Assembly (NCBI GenBank): GCA_963422525.1
Contig: OY730226.1
Span: 1,368,524-1,432,523 of the forward strand
Length of the DNA: 64,000 nt
Source: Dehalococcoidia bacterium
GTDB lineage: Bacteria > Chloroflexota > Dehalococcoidia > Lucifugimonadales > JADFKI01
Direction of reading: 5' to 3'
Both the position numbers and the translations under genes were made by a program. Below are positions 1 to 10,237 of the stretch, one piece after another. Each line of letters begins with the position of its first letter. The first letter of the stretch is position 1. The notes below the pieces were generated by a model. It saw only the letters and a list, made by a program, of their open reading frames with translations. It was not told the DNA's origin and did not search any database.

Positions 1-885
1 GCGAACCGAGAGGCGTACATCGTCTGCGAGGACCTGTTCAAGATATACAAGATTGCGGATCTTGAGGTGGTGGCGCTGCGGGGGCTGGACTTGAATGTGC
101 AGCGCAACGAAGTTGTTGCGGTCGTGGGGGCGAGTGGGAGTGGCAAGAGCACGCTGCTGAACATACTTGCGGGGTACGACAGCCCATCGGCTGGGCGCGT
201 GAGCGTGGGGGATAAGGATCTGCTGCGGATGACGTCCAACGAAGTGGAGCTGTATAGGCGTGATGAGGTGGGGTTCATTTGGCAGCAGACGAGCCGCAAT
301 ATGTTTCCGTATTTGACGGCGGTGGAGAATGTGGCGCTGCCGATGATGCTGACCTTCACTTCGCCCGGGGAACGGCGAAGACGCGCGGAGGAGTTGCTGG
401 GGCTTGTGGGGTTGGGGCGCCGGATGGGGCATACGCCTGAGAAGTTGAGCGGCGGTGAGCAGCAGCGCGTGGCGATTGCGGTCGCGCTCGCGAACCATCC
501 GCCACTGTTGCTTGCGGATGAGCCGACAGGGGAGTTGGACGACGCTACAGCGGCAGAGATACTGGACCTGTTCGGCGAGATCAACCGAGAGCTGAACACG
601 ACGATTATCATCGTTACGCACGATCCGGACATTGCGTATAAGGTCGGGCGCGTGGTGATGATACGCGATGGCAAGATGGCGACTGAGGTACGGCGCAGGA
701 TTACCTATCAGAGGCTGTCCGGCTCTGCGGAGACCGACCAGCCGTTGGAAGAGTTCATATTGGTCGATGGCAGTGGCAGGGTGCAGATACCGCGGGATAT
801 TATAGATAGGCTGAACATTGGGGAGCGGGCGCGCATCGACACATTGGATGGGAAGGTTACGCTTACTCCTGACAATGAGGTTTAG
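1..885 (+). CDS. ABC transporter ATP-binding protein (MacB/LolD-like), 5' end outside window, with C-terminal AbrB/SpoVT-like tail
   Basis: The frame is open from nt 1 (ANREAYIVCEDLFKIYKIADLEVVALRG), so the listed GTG at 67 is internal. Walker A GASGSGKST, signature LSGGEQQR, Walker B LLLADEPT. The last ~45 aa (GRVQIPRDIIDRLNIGERARIDTLDGKVTLTP) resemble a swapped-hairpin AbrB/SpoVT/MazE motif. Confidence 0.85.
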   Translation, partial: ANREAYIVCEDLFKIYKIADLEVVALRGLDLNVQRNEVVAVVGASGSGKSTLLNILAGYDSPSAGRVSVGDKDLLRMTSNEVELYRRDEVGFIWQQTSRNMFPYLTAVENVALPMMLTFTSPGERRRRAEELLGLVGLGRRMGHTPEKLSGGEQQRVAIAVALANHPPLLLADEPTGELDDATAAEILDLFGEINRELNTTIIIVTHDPDIAYKVGRVVMIRDGKMATEVRRRITYQRLSGSAETDQPLEEFILVDGSGRVQIPRDIIDRLNIGERARIDTLDGKVTLTPDNEV

Positions 886-943
886 CGTGTTGGCGTTTTG
901 ATTTGTTGAGGGAGTAGTAGAAAACAGATGAGGAGTGGCGTAG

Positions 944-1657
944 TTGAGCAGGATACAGAGGCTTCTCGCGGCGGTTGATGTGGCGCGAACATACGATTTG
1001 GATTCGGAGGAGGTTCAGGCGCTGCGCGGGGTGAACCTGAACATTTTCCCGGGGCAGTTCATCGCGGTGGTGGGCAGGTCGGGTTCGGGCAAGACATCTT
1101 TGCTGAATATCATGGCTGGGTTGGATAAGCCGAGCGGCGGGCGGGTGCTGTTCGAGGAGCGTGACCTTGCGGAGATGAGCGAGCAGGAGCTGACGGACTT
1201 GCGGCGACACCGTATCGGGTTCATATTCCAGTCGTTTGGGTTGCTGCCGTTGCTTTCGGCGTTCGAGAATGTGGAGTTGCCGCTGCGTATAAGCGGAGTG
1301 AATGCGGGTGAGCGCACTGAGCGAACGCGCGAGGCGCTGGACATCGTGGGGCTGTGGGACCGCTCGCGGCATCGTCCATATGAGCTTTCGGGCGGGGAGC
1401 AGCAGCGTGTTGCGATAGCGCGCGCTATCGTGATACGCCCGTCGCTGATACTGGCGGATGAGCCGACGGGAGAGTTGGACTCCAACAACGCGCATGCGAT
1501 ATTCGGGCTGTTCAAGGATATGGTGATAAAGCAGGGGATCAGCGTGGTATCAGCGACGCATGACTCGACGCTGTTGTCCATGGCGGATGAGGTGAAGGAG
1601 ATACGGGATGGGCAATTGCTGGAGCATGCGGAGCTTGGGCTGCGGTATAGAAATTAG
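944..1657 (+). CDS. ABC transporter ATP-binding protein (MacB/LolD-like), second tandem ATPase
   Basis: Walker A GRSGSGKTS, signature LSGGEQQR, Walker B LILADEPT. Lies 59 nt after the previous ATPase gene on the same strand. Confidence 0.85.
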   Translation: MSRIQRLLAAVDVARTYDLDSEEVQALRGVNLNIFPGQFIAVVGRSGSGKTSLLNIMAGLDKPSGGRVLFEERDLAEMSEQELTDLRRHRIGFIFQSFGLLPLLSAFENVELPLRISGVNAGERTERTREALDIVGLWDRSRHRPYELSGGEQQRVAIARAIVIRPSLILADEPTGELDSNNAHAIFGLFKDMVIKQGISVVSATHDSTLLSMADEVKEIRDGQLLEHAELGLRYRN

Positions 1658-1714
1658 TTGGTCGGTAAGCTGAGCGCTGTCCCGAGCCGAGAATTCGGTT
1701 ATAGGAGGGCGACA

Positions 1715-2131
1715 TTGAGCCAAGAAATCAGATGGCGCTATCGATATGACAATTTTGCGCGTGCCTTTTCGCTCTTGCGCGAGGCGCTGGAAGAGGGCGT
1801 TGAGCCGTTGAGTGAACTGGAGCGCGAGGGGGTTGTTCAGCGGTTTGAGTACACCTTTGAGTTATCGTGGAATGCGCTGAAAGACCGCCTTGAGTATGAC
1901 GGAGTTGTGATGGCGACGGTAACGCCGCGCTCGGTCATACGCGAGGCTTACAAAGCTAAGTTCATTGAGGATTGCGAAGCTTGGATAGATATGCTCACGG
2001 ACCGTAACTTGATGTCGCATACCTACGACTCTGAGAGGTTTGAGGCAGTTGTAAGGAGGGTGCATAGGCGTTATCTGATTATCCTGACTGCCCTTTACCG
2101 GCGATTGCTGTCGGAGGCGCTGGAATCGTGA
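1715..2131 (+). CDS. HEPN-type nucleotidyltransferase substrate-binding protein (HI0074-like), putative toxin
   Basis: Rx4H HEPN motif in LTDRNLMSHTYD, and a family-typical N-terminus (IRWRYRYDNFARAFSLLREALEE). I prefer the TTG at 1715 preceded by AGGAGGG over the track start at 1658, which abuts the ABC stop. Overlaps the next gene by 4 nt. Confidence 0.75.
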   Translation: MSQEIRWRYRYDNFARAFSLLREALEEGVEPLSELEREGVVQRFEYTFELSWNALKDRLEYDGVVMATVTPRSVIREAYKAKFIEDCEAWIDMLTDRNLMSHTYDSERFEAVVRRVHRRYLIILTALYRRLLSEALES

Positions 2132-2439
2132 ATGCTCTCGACCTGCCGGAGGCGACATTGCGGAGGCTCGTCCGTGTCTTTGCGGCATATCCTGAATTGA
2201 CGCAGGTGAGGCTCTTTGGTTCGCGCGCCATCGGCACGGCGACGCCGCGCTCGGACATTGATTTGGCGACGCTGGGAATATTAGATGAGTATCGGCTAGG
2301 CAGGCTTGCTCTCGACCTTGAAGACCTGCCTATACCGCAGAAGTGCGACCTGCAACCTTACGAAAGTGTCCGCTACGCTCCGTTCAAGCGGCATATAGAC
2401 ACCTTTGGGATTGTAATCTATGAAAGGGCGATGATCTGA
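2128..2439 (+). CDS. minimal nucleotidyltransferase (MNT, HI0073-like), putative antitoxin
   Basis: GS-x10-DxD motif in RLFGSRAIGTATPRSDIDLA. 103 aa. GTGA overlap with the upstream HEPN gene. Confidence 0.8.
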   Translation: MNALDLPEATLRRLVRVFAAYPELTQVRLFGSRAIGTATPRSDIDLATLGILDEYRLGRLALDLEDLPIPQKCDLQPYESVRYAPFKRHIDTFGIVIYERAMI

Positions 2440-2554
2440 ATTGGGAACGCTATCGAGGGCAAGTGGGTTGCCCCTATACCTGTGCGCGGGATACACTTGT
2501 GGCGCCGGAGGAAACCCTAGTAGCTAGTAGAAGCATAAGGCAGGAGTCGGCAAC

Positions 2555-3937
2555 ATGGCGACTATCACTGAGAACGAAGCCCTGCGTAGATCTTCGCTCC
2601 AATACTTGTGGATGCACAACCGCGATTGGACGCAGATGGCGGAAGAGGGTGAGCCGCAGATTATAGAGAGCGGGCGGGGCGTGCGCGTTACGGACGCCGA
2701 AGGCAGGTCATGGATTGATGTCAATGGCGGGTATAACTCTGTGAATGTGGGGTATGGACGCACGGAGATTGGTGAAGTCGCGTATGAGCAGATGGTGAAT
2801 CTGCACTACTTTCCGCAAGGGACGACCACCGTTCCGATGGCGAATTTGGCGGCGAAGCTGGCGGAGATTACGCCGGGCAGCCTCTCGCGGGTGTTTCCGG
2901 TCAGCGGCGGTTCGGAGGCGAACGAAACGGCGCTGAAGATCGCCCGCGCCTATCACAAGAGGCGTGGCGAGCCGGGGCGGTATAAGGTTATAAGCCGCAT
3001 CGGTTCGTATCACGGGATGACGGCAGGGGTGATGTGGCTTGGGGGCAGCCCGTATCAGCCGCGCCACGACTATGAGCCGATATATCCGGGTATGGTGCAT
3101 GCGCCGCAGCCGAATCCGTACAGGTGCGCTCAGGGCGGCGAAACGCCATCCGAATGCGCCGTGCGCTGCGCCGAAGCCGTCGAGCGGCTGATTAAGTTTC
3201 ACGGGCCGCAGACGGTTGCTGCCGTAATAGCGGAGCCGGTCGCAATACCGCAGGGCGCAGTCGTGCCGGGCGCTGAGTACTTTCCGATGCTGCGGCAGAT
3301 TTGCGACAAGTACGGCGTTCTGCTCATTGCCGACGAGGTGATATGCGGCTTCGGGCGCACCGGCAGGATGTTCGCTTCTGAGCATTGGGATGTCGTGCCC
3401 GACATGATGACCGTGGCGAAGGGGATAGTCAGCAGCTATCTGCCTATGGCGGCGGCGATAGTGAAGCAGGAGGTCGCCGATGCGTTCGCAGGCGAGCGTA
3501 ACTTGTTGCGGCATGTGTTCACTACCGCGGGGCATCCTGTCGCGGCAGCCGCGTCGCTTAAGAACATAGAGATAATTGAGAATGAAGACCTCGTGGCTAA
3601 CTCTGCGCAGGTGGGGGCTTACTTTAAGGAGCAGCTCGAGGGTTTGGCGATAGACCATCCGCTCGTCGGCGATGTGCGCGGGTTGGGGTTGCTGCTGGCG
3701 GTGGAGCTTGTGAGCGACCGCGATACGAAGGCGGGCTTCGCTGCCGACGCCAAAGCGCCGGAGCGTTTGAACGAGAAGTTCAAGCGGCATGGCCTAATCT
3801 TCCGGATCAACAGCAATATCCTCAATATAGGGCCGCCGCTGTGCATCACGCGCGACGAAGTAGATGAAATCGTGCACGCCATAGACTTGTCGCTCTGGGA
3901 ACTCGAAGGCGAAATGGGCATCTCCCGAATGACCTAG
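2555..3937 (+). CDS. class-III (omega) aminotransferase
   Basis: 460 aa with family-typical blocks SGGSEANETALKIAR, LIADEVICGFGRTG and the PLP-lysine context MTVAKGI. Confidence 0.9.
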   Translation: MATITENEALRRSSLQYLWMHNRDWTQMAEEGEPQIIESGRGVRVTDAEGRSWIDVNGGYNSVNVGYGRTEIGEVAYEQMVNLHYFPQGTTTVPMANLAAKLAEITPGSLSRVFPVSGGSEANETALKIARAYHKRRGEPGRYKVISRIGSYHGMTAGVMWLGGSPYQPRHDYEPIYPGMVHAPQPNPYRCAQGGETPSECAVRCAEAVERLIKFHGPQTVAAVIAEPVAIPQGAVVPGAEYFPMLRQICDKYGVLLIADEVICGFGRTGRMFASEHWDVVPDMMTVAKGIVSSYLPMAAAIVKQEVADAFAGERNLLRHVFTTAGHPVAAAASLKNIEIIENEDLVANSAQVGAYFKEQLEGLAIDHPLVGDVRGLGLLLAVELVSDRDTKAGFAADAKAPERLNEKFKRHGLIFRINSNILNIGPPLCITRDEVDEIVHAIDLSLWELEGEMGISRMT

Positions 3938-4008
3938 CCGGCGGGGGCGGGCGCTGAACTAAAACCGTCCTGCGCATCCTTTCAGATTGCAGAATAACGG
4001 AGAACGAC

Positions 4009-5388
4009 ATGGCGACTATCGTGGAAGATAATGCGGCCGGGGATGCCGGCGCAGCTAGGCAGGCGGCGCTTGATCATCTGTGGATGCACAACGCCGACTG
4101 GGTAACGATGGCGGAGGAGGGTGGTCCAACCATCATGCGCAAGGGTGATGGCGTGCGGGTTACCGATGCGGAGGGCGAGACCTGGATTGACGCGCACGGC
4201 GGTTATGCATCGGTGAATGCCGGTTACGGCCGAACTGAGATTGCCGATGCAATGCTGGAGCAGATGCGGAAGCTGACCTACTTCCCGCAGGGGACGACTA
4301 CCGTTCCGCTTATTCGGCTTGTCGAGAAGGTGGGTGAACTTGCGCCGGGCAACCTGGAGCGTGTATGGCCTGTGAGCGGCGGTTCGGAGGCGAACGAAAC
4401 TGCGGTGAAGGTTGCTAGGGCGTATCACAAGCGGCGCGGCGATAACGGGCGCTACAAGATAATCAGCAGGCGTGGGTCGTATCATGGTGCGACGGCGGGC
4501 GTTATGTGGATGGGCGCAAGCTCCGGGATGAGCGATTACGAACCGGCGATGCCCGGCATGTTGTACGCGCCGCAGCCGAACCTTTACCGCTGCGAGTTCA
4601 ATAGCCGCACGCCTGAAGAGTGCGCCGAGCGGTCGGCGAAGGCAATCGAAGATTTGATTTTGCTGCATCATCCGGACACGGTGGCGGCAGTCATCGGTGA
4701 GCCGGTAGCGTCGGGATTGGCGCCCCCTGCCGTTGAATACTGGCAGATGGTACGGGACATTTGCGACCGTTACGGAGCGCTGCTCATCGCCGACGAGGTT
4801 GTTACGGGTTTTGGGCGCACGGGTAGGATGTTTGCTGTGGAGCATTACGGCGTTGTGCCTGACATTATGAGCGTCGCCAAGGGGATAACCAGCAGCTACC
4901 TGCCGCTTGCCGCCACGATTGTGGCGACTGATGTTGCTGACGCCTTCGCCGGCGAGGATAACATCTTCCGTCAGGCGCTGACTTTTGGCGGGCATCCGGT
5001 TACCGCTGCAGTCGCCATCAAGAATATCGAGATTATCGAGCGAGAGGGGTTGGTGGACAATGCTGCGCGCATGGGGGCGTACTTTCTGGAGCGGCTGCAT
5101 GAGTTGAAGGCGCAGCATCCTTCGATTGGCGATGTGCGCGGCATCGGCTTGCTGCTCGGCGTCGAGTTAGTTAGCGATCGCAAGACCAAAGCACCCTTCG
5201 ATGAAAATCTCCAGGTCAGCAATCGGCTGACCCGCAAAATGCACGATCGCGGCATCATCATGCGCTTCGGCGCTGATAAGGTTACGCTCGGCCCGCCGCT
5301 CTGTATAACGGCGGACGACATAGACCAAATCGTAGGCGCAATGGACAGCGCCATCGGCGAGCTGGAAGCTGAGCTGGCGCTTGTGTGA
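4009..5388 (+). CDS. class-III (omega) aminotransferase, tandem paralogue
   Basis: 459 aa, collinear with and highly similar to the preceding gene along its full length (SGGSEANETAVKVAR, LIADEVVTGFGRTG, MSVAKGI). Confidence 0.9.
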   Translation: MATIVEDNAAGDAGAARQAALDHLWMHNADWVTMAEEGGPTIMRKGDGVRVTDAEGETWIDAHGGYASVNAGYGRTEIADAMLEQMRKLTYFPQGTTTVPLIRLVEKVGELAPGNLERVWPVSGGSEANETAVKVARAYHKRRGDNGRYKIISRRGSYHGATAGVMWMGASSGMSDYEPAMPGMLYAPQPNLYRCEFNSRTPEECAERSAKAIEDLILLHHPDTVAAVIGEPVASGLAPPAVEYWQMVRDICDRYGALLIADEVVTGFGRTGRMFAVEHYGVVPDIMSVAKGITSSYLPLAATIVATDVADAFAGEDNIFRQALTFGGHPVTAAVAIKNIEIIEREGLVDNAARMGAYFLERLHELKAQHPSIGDVRGIGLLLGVELVSDRKTKAPFDENLQVSNRLTRKMHDRGIIMRFGADKVTLGPPLCITADDIDQIVGAMDSAIGELEAELALV

Positions 5389-5459
5389 TCAGATGGCGGT
5401 TGTGAAGGGGCGGAACGACCACCTCGCAAGTGTGACCGCCGGCGCGGCTGCTCTGTCTA

Positions 5460-5789
5460 TCGAGCGTTGCGAATGGGCAGTTTAGCGCTTCTGCCCAGTG
5501 CGACATGCCATGCGGGGCTGTTCAGAATGCGTCGAATCTGCCACACTCGTTTGGCGCAAGGCGCTAAGGGGAGCAGATCTATGTCGAGTTGCGGCCTGTT
5601 GGCGTGAGCGGCGGTTGCTTTTACAGGCGATATGTTGCCGTCGAGTTTTAGGCGGCGCGGAATGTTGGAGGCGTTCGCTGAAGCAAGTTTCGCGCTGACG
5701 AGGAAGTGCTCGGCGATGACGGACTTTGCCGACCTGCCGTCGTTGCTTGAATCGAGCAGCGCGGCAATGAGAGTGGATGCGTTGATTAC
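5460..5789 (-). pseudogene. possible decayed PIN-domain (VapC-like) toxin relic
   Basis: A 110-codon stop-free frame with no ATG/GTG/TTG anywhere, so it is absent from the ORF track. The translation VINASTLIAALLDSSNDG...LVSAKL...NISPVKATAA...LDIDLLPLAP...SPAWHVALGRSAKLPI follows the usual VapC block order. The expected acidic residues read N, A and P instead. Confidence 0.3.
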
Positions 5790-6046
5790 CGTGGTTGAAT
5801 GGCGATTTTATCTCAGTCCTAGCCTTTCCGTGTTAAAGGGATGGGACTTTAGCATCCAAAAGGGAACGCTATCTGTAGAGAACAATCACTTTCGCATCTG
5901 CGCCTCGTCTGCTATACTCATTCGGCTTGGGTCTGCGGAATATGCGACAGTCTTGGCGCGTCAGGCGGCTTGGTCCGGCGTCGCCAAATGAATGGCGGCA
6001 TTGCCATTTGAGCGGCTCGAGTGTACTTCAAATTGATGTGATATGA

Positions 6047-7357
<1,311 letters not shown>

Positions 7358-7400
7358 CGGCTCTGCCTAGTCTCGATTGGCGCGCCGGCGTCGTGCGATG

Positions 7401-7934
7401 TTATTTTTTATCGAGTTGGCTTGCCTCGTAGTCCAGCACCGTAAAGAAGACGCTTAGGTTCAGCCGGCTCGACTTATCTTTGTCCCGCATGCCTTCTGTG
7501 CACCTGGCGCAGTACCAGCCCGGCGGCAGAGGTGGGGAGTCAACCCAGTACATATTGTCCGCTTCGCTATACCTGTATCCCACACAGGCATCGTTTCCGC
7601 AGGTGTATTTTGCCGTTGGTATTTCTTGCGCCTCTTTGGTTTCGAACAGATTCACGCCGTCGTATTGATTTGCCACCGCGGCTGCTGCCGCCAGCCTGCG
7701 CCTTTCGCGGATTCTTTCGAAGATACCCAGTTGCATGATCTTCTCCTTGAAGATAACGAAAATCAGAATTATCAAAGCAGCGGCTATGGATGCTCTGGTG
7801 AACCATATATGCCCAAGCTCGGAACCTGACGCCGATAGAGTGCGCGCCTGCAATATCTCGCCAGTAAAGCCCACCATGAACAGGAAGTATATTATGATAA
7901 TGACATAGATCTGTCCGAATCTGAATGACTTCAT
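7401..7934 (-). CDS. hypothetical 2-TM membrane protein with C-terminal four-Cys (zinc-ribbon-like) domain
   Basis: Two hydrophobic helices (IYVIIIIYFLFMVGFTG, ASIAAALIILIFVIF), a basic juxtamembrane IMQLGIFERIRERRR, then CGNDAC...CARC. Visibly AT-richer than its flanks. I recognised no family. Confidence 0.5.
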   Translation of the reverse strand: MKSFRFGQIYVIIIIYFLFMVGFTGEILQARTLSASGSELGHIWFTRASIAAALIILIFVIFKEKIMQLGIFERIRERRRLAAAAAVANQYDGVNLFETKEAQEIPTAKYTCGNDACVGYRYSEADNMYWVDSPPLPPGWYCARCTEGMRDKDKSSRLNLSVFFTVLDYEASQLDKK

Positions 7935-8082
7935 AATCGATCCTGTAAGGTTTGATTACGGTTCTGATGCCTGGATATTCTGTGAAAATCCTGTCCGTTG
8001 ATGTATTTCTTTATCTATACGCATTGGCTATGCACAATAGGGGCGGAGCTGATGATATGAAATGTCGGTGATTTGAGCGGCT

Positions 8083-8991
8083 CTAATCGTCGCTTGCCAC
8101 GGCGACGGGCAGGTCGATGCTGTAGCGGGATACTACTGCATCTATTGATGCGGCTGTGTCTTCGTCGGGCGGTATGAGTGGGAGGCGCGGCTGCCCCACG
8201 CTGAAGCCTGCCTTGCCGACGCAATACTTGACAGGGATGGGGTTGGATACGATGAAGAGTATTTTGAAGATGTCGAACAGGCGCAGATGTTCGGCGGCTG
8301 CGCTTTCGATGTCGCCTTCGAGTATCATGCCAATCATAGCCTTGATTTGGCTGCCGACTAGATGTGATGCGACGCTCACGATGCCGTAGCCGCCGGCGCA
8401 CATGATGGGGAAGGTCTCATCGTCGTTGCCGCTCCACACTTTGAAATCGTCGTTGGCGTCGCGGATTATCTTCGTAATTTGCACGGGGTCACTGCTTGCC
8501 TCTTTGGTGCCCACGATGTTGTCTATATCGCTGAGGCGGAGGGTCGTTTCGGCGGTCATGTTGAGGCTGGTGCGGCTGGGGACGTTGTAGAGCACACAGG
8601 GTAGGCTGACGCTGCCTGCGATGGTCTTGAAGTGCTGGTAGAGGCCTTCTTGCGGCGGCTTGTTGTAAGACGGGACGGTCATCAGGATGCCGTCGACGCC
8701 GATTGCTTCGGCTTCCTTGCTCAGCGCCACGCCGTCGGCGGTGTTGTAGCCGGTTGTGCCGGCGATAATCGCTGCCCTGTCACCCACCGCGTTCTTCGTT
8801 GCTTCGTACATGCCGAGCTTCTCGTCGAATGAGAGCGTCGGGGTCTCGCCCGTCGTGCCGGTAACGACAAGCCCGTCGCTGCCTGAGTCCACAAGCGCAG
8901 TGGCGAGGCGTCCCGCCTCATCGTAGTCCACCGCGCCGTCTTCGTTAAAGGGAGTAATCATAGCGGTGATGAGTCTGCCTAGTTCGGCCAT
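8083..8991 (-). CDS. dapA: 4-hydroxy-tetrahydrodipicolinate synthase
   Basis: 302 aa. VVTGTTGETPTLS block and typical DapA length and order. Adjacent to asd and dapB. Confidence 0.95.
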   Translation of the reverse strand: MAELGRLITAMITPFNEDGAVDYDEAGRLATALVDSGSDGLVVTGTTGETPTLSFDEKLGMYEATKNAVGDRAAIIAGTTGYNTADGVALSKEAEAIGVDGILMTVPSYNKPPQEGLYQHFKTIAGSVSLPCVLYNVPSRTSLNMTAETTLRLSDIDNIVGTKEASSDPVQITKIIRDANDDFKVWSGNDDETFPIMCAGGYGIVSVASHLVGSQIKAMIGMILEGDIESAAAEHLRLFDIFKILFIVSNPIPVKYCVGKAGFSVGQPRLPLIPPDEDTAASIDAVVSRYSIDLPVAVASDD

Positions 8992-9184
8992 TGTTGAGCC
9001 TCCTTACTTAGGGCTTCACTGCGAGAGTTTTAAGTGTAAGGCAATAATCTGCGCCTTGCTTGGCGGTTGGCAGCGTGTGCGGTATCTTCGATACACACAG
9101 GAACGACATACGGATTTAGTTCTTCTGCCCTTCCTCTACTGGGGGGGAAGGTTGGGATGAGGGGACGGAACGCCGACGCCCTGT

Positions 9185-10237
9185 TTAGCCGCTCATCACT
9201 ACTTGCCTAGTCAGCAGGTTGCGCGCCAGCGCTTCTTCGGCAATTTGCAGGGCGTTTGTCGCGGCGCCTTTGCGCAGATTGTCGGTAACGACCCACATCG
9301 CTATGCCGTTGGGATGGGACACATCCTGCCGAATGCGTCCGACGAACACTTCGTCGCGTCCTGCGGCGTCGATGGGCATAGGATACACATTTTGTTGCGG
9401 GTCGTCCACCACATTCACGCCCGGGAACTCGCTGAGGATGTCGCGTACTTCCGAGGGGCTGATGGGATTATCGAATTCGATATGCAGCGCCTCGCTGTGG
9501 CTGAGCATCACCGGCACGCGCACGCATGTGGCCGACACGGCGATGTCGGGGTCATGGAGTATCTTTCGCGTCTCGTTGAGCATCTTCATCTCTTCGTTGG
9601 TGTAGCCGTTGTCTAGGAATGGCTCGATGTGTGGCAGGGCGTTGAACGCGATTGGATGCGGATAGGCGTCGTGCGTAAGGTCGCTGTGCGTAAGGTCTGC
9701 GTTGTTGGTCAGGCGTTTGGATTGCGTGCGCAGTTCCTCGACAGCTGCTGCGCCTGTGCCGGATACAGACTGGTATGTGTCGGCGATGACGCGCCTTACC
9801 GGATTGACCTCCATCAGCGGCTTGAGCACCATGACAAGGGGCGTGGTGGAGCAGTTGGGGATGGATACGATGCCGCTGTGGTCTTCGATGTCTGCGCCGT
9901 TGACCTCCGGCACGACCAGCGGCACATCGGCGTCCATGCGAAACGCAGAGCTGTCGTCGATGACGACTGCGCCTTGCCGTGCTGCTATGGGTGCGAGCGT
10001 GCGGCTGACATCGCCGCTCGCGGAGATGAATACGAAGTCGACCTCGCTGAAGAGCTGTGGCGTTGCCATCTCGACGGCAATTTCCTCGCCCATGCACTTG
10101 AGTTTCTTGCCGACAGAGCGCTCTGATGCGCACAGACGAATATCGGATACACGAAAGTTGCGCTCCTCAAGCACATCCAAGAACACGCGCCCGACTGCGC
10201 CCGTCGCGCCAACTACCGCAATGCTACAAGCGTCCAC
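9185..10237 (-). CDS. asd: aspartate-semialdehyde dehydrogenase
   Basis: Rossmann N-terminus VVGATGAVG and active-site Cys context IPNCSTTPLV. 350 aa. Confidence 0.95.
   Translation of the reverse strand: MDACSIAVVGATGAVGRVFLDVLEERNFRVSDIRLCASERSVGKKLKCMGEEIAVEMATPQLFSEVDFVFISASGDVSRTLAPIAARQGAVVIDDSSAFRMDADVPLVVPEVNGADIEDHSGIVSIPNCSTTPLVMVLKPLMEVNPVRRVIADTYQSVSGTGAAAVEELRTQSKRLTNNADLTHSDLTHDAYPHPIAFNALPHIEPFLDNGYTNEEMKMLNETRKILHDPDIAVSATCVRVPVMLSHSEALHIEFDNPISPSEVRDILSEFPGVNVVDDPQQNVYPMPIDAAGRDEVFVGRIRQDVSHPNGIAMWVVTDNLRKGAATNALQIAEEALARNLLTRQVVMSG

Noticed and set aside
2708-5118. Long antisense ORFs (2708-3790 and 3982-5118, both minus strand) opposite the two aminotransferase genes. Similar shadows occur at 863-1495 (-), 9552-10133 (-), 17811-18677 (-), 19919-20851 (-), 32055-32921 (-), 42434-43810 (-), 48337-49275 (+) and 57085-57834 (-).
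   Set aside because: They lie fully inside strongly supported genes on the other strand. Their translations are Arg/His/Pro-rich low-complexity sequence typical of stop-free antisense frames in GC-rich DNA, and none has a recognisable motif.
5498-5991. Track ORFs 5498-5698 (+) and 5632-5991 (+) in the gap upstream of purA.
   Set aside because: They have no recognisable motifs, implausible composition, and overlap each other. The VapC-like minus-strand frame explains the openness of the region better.
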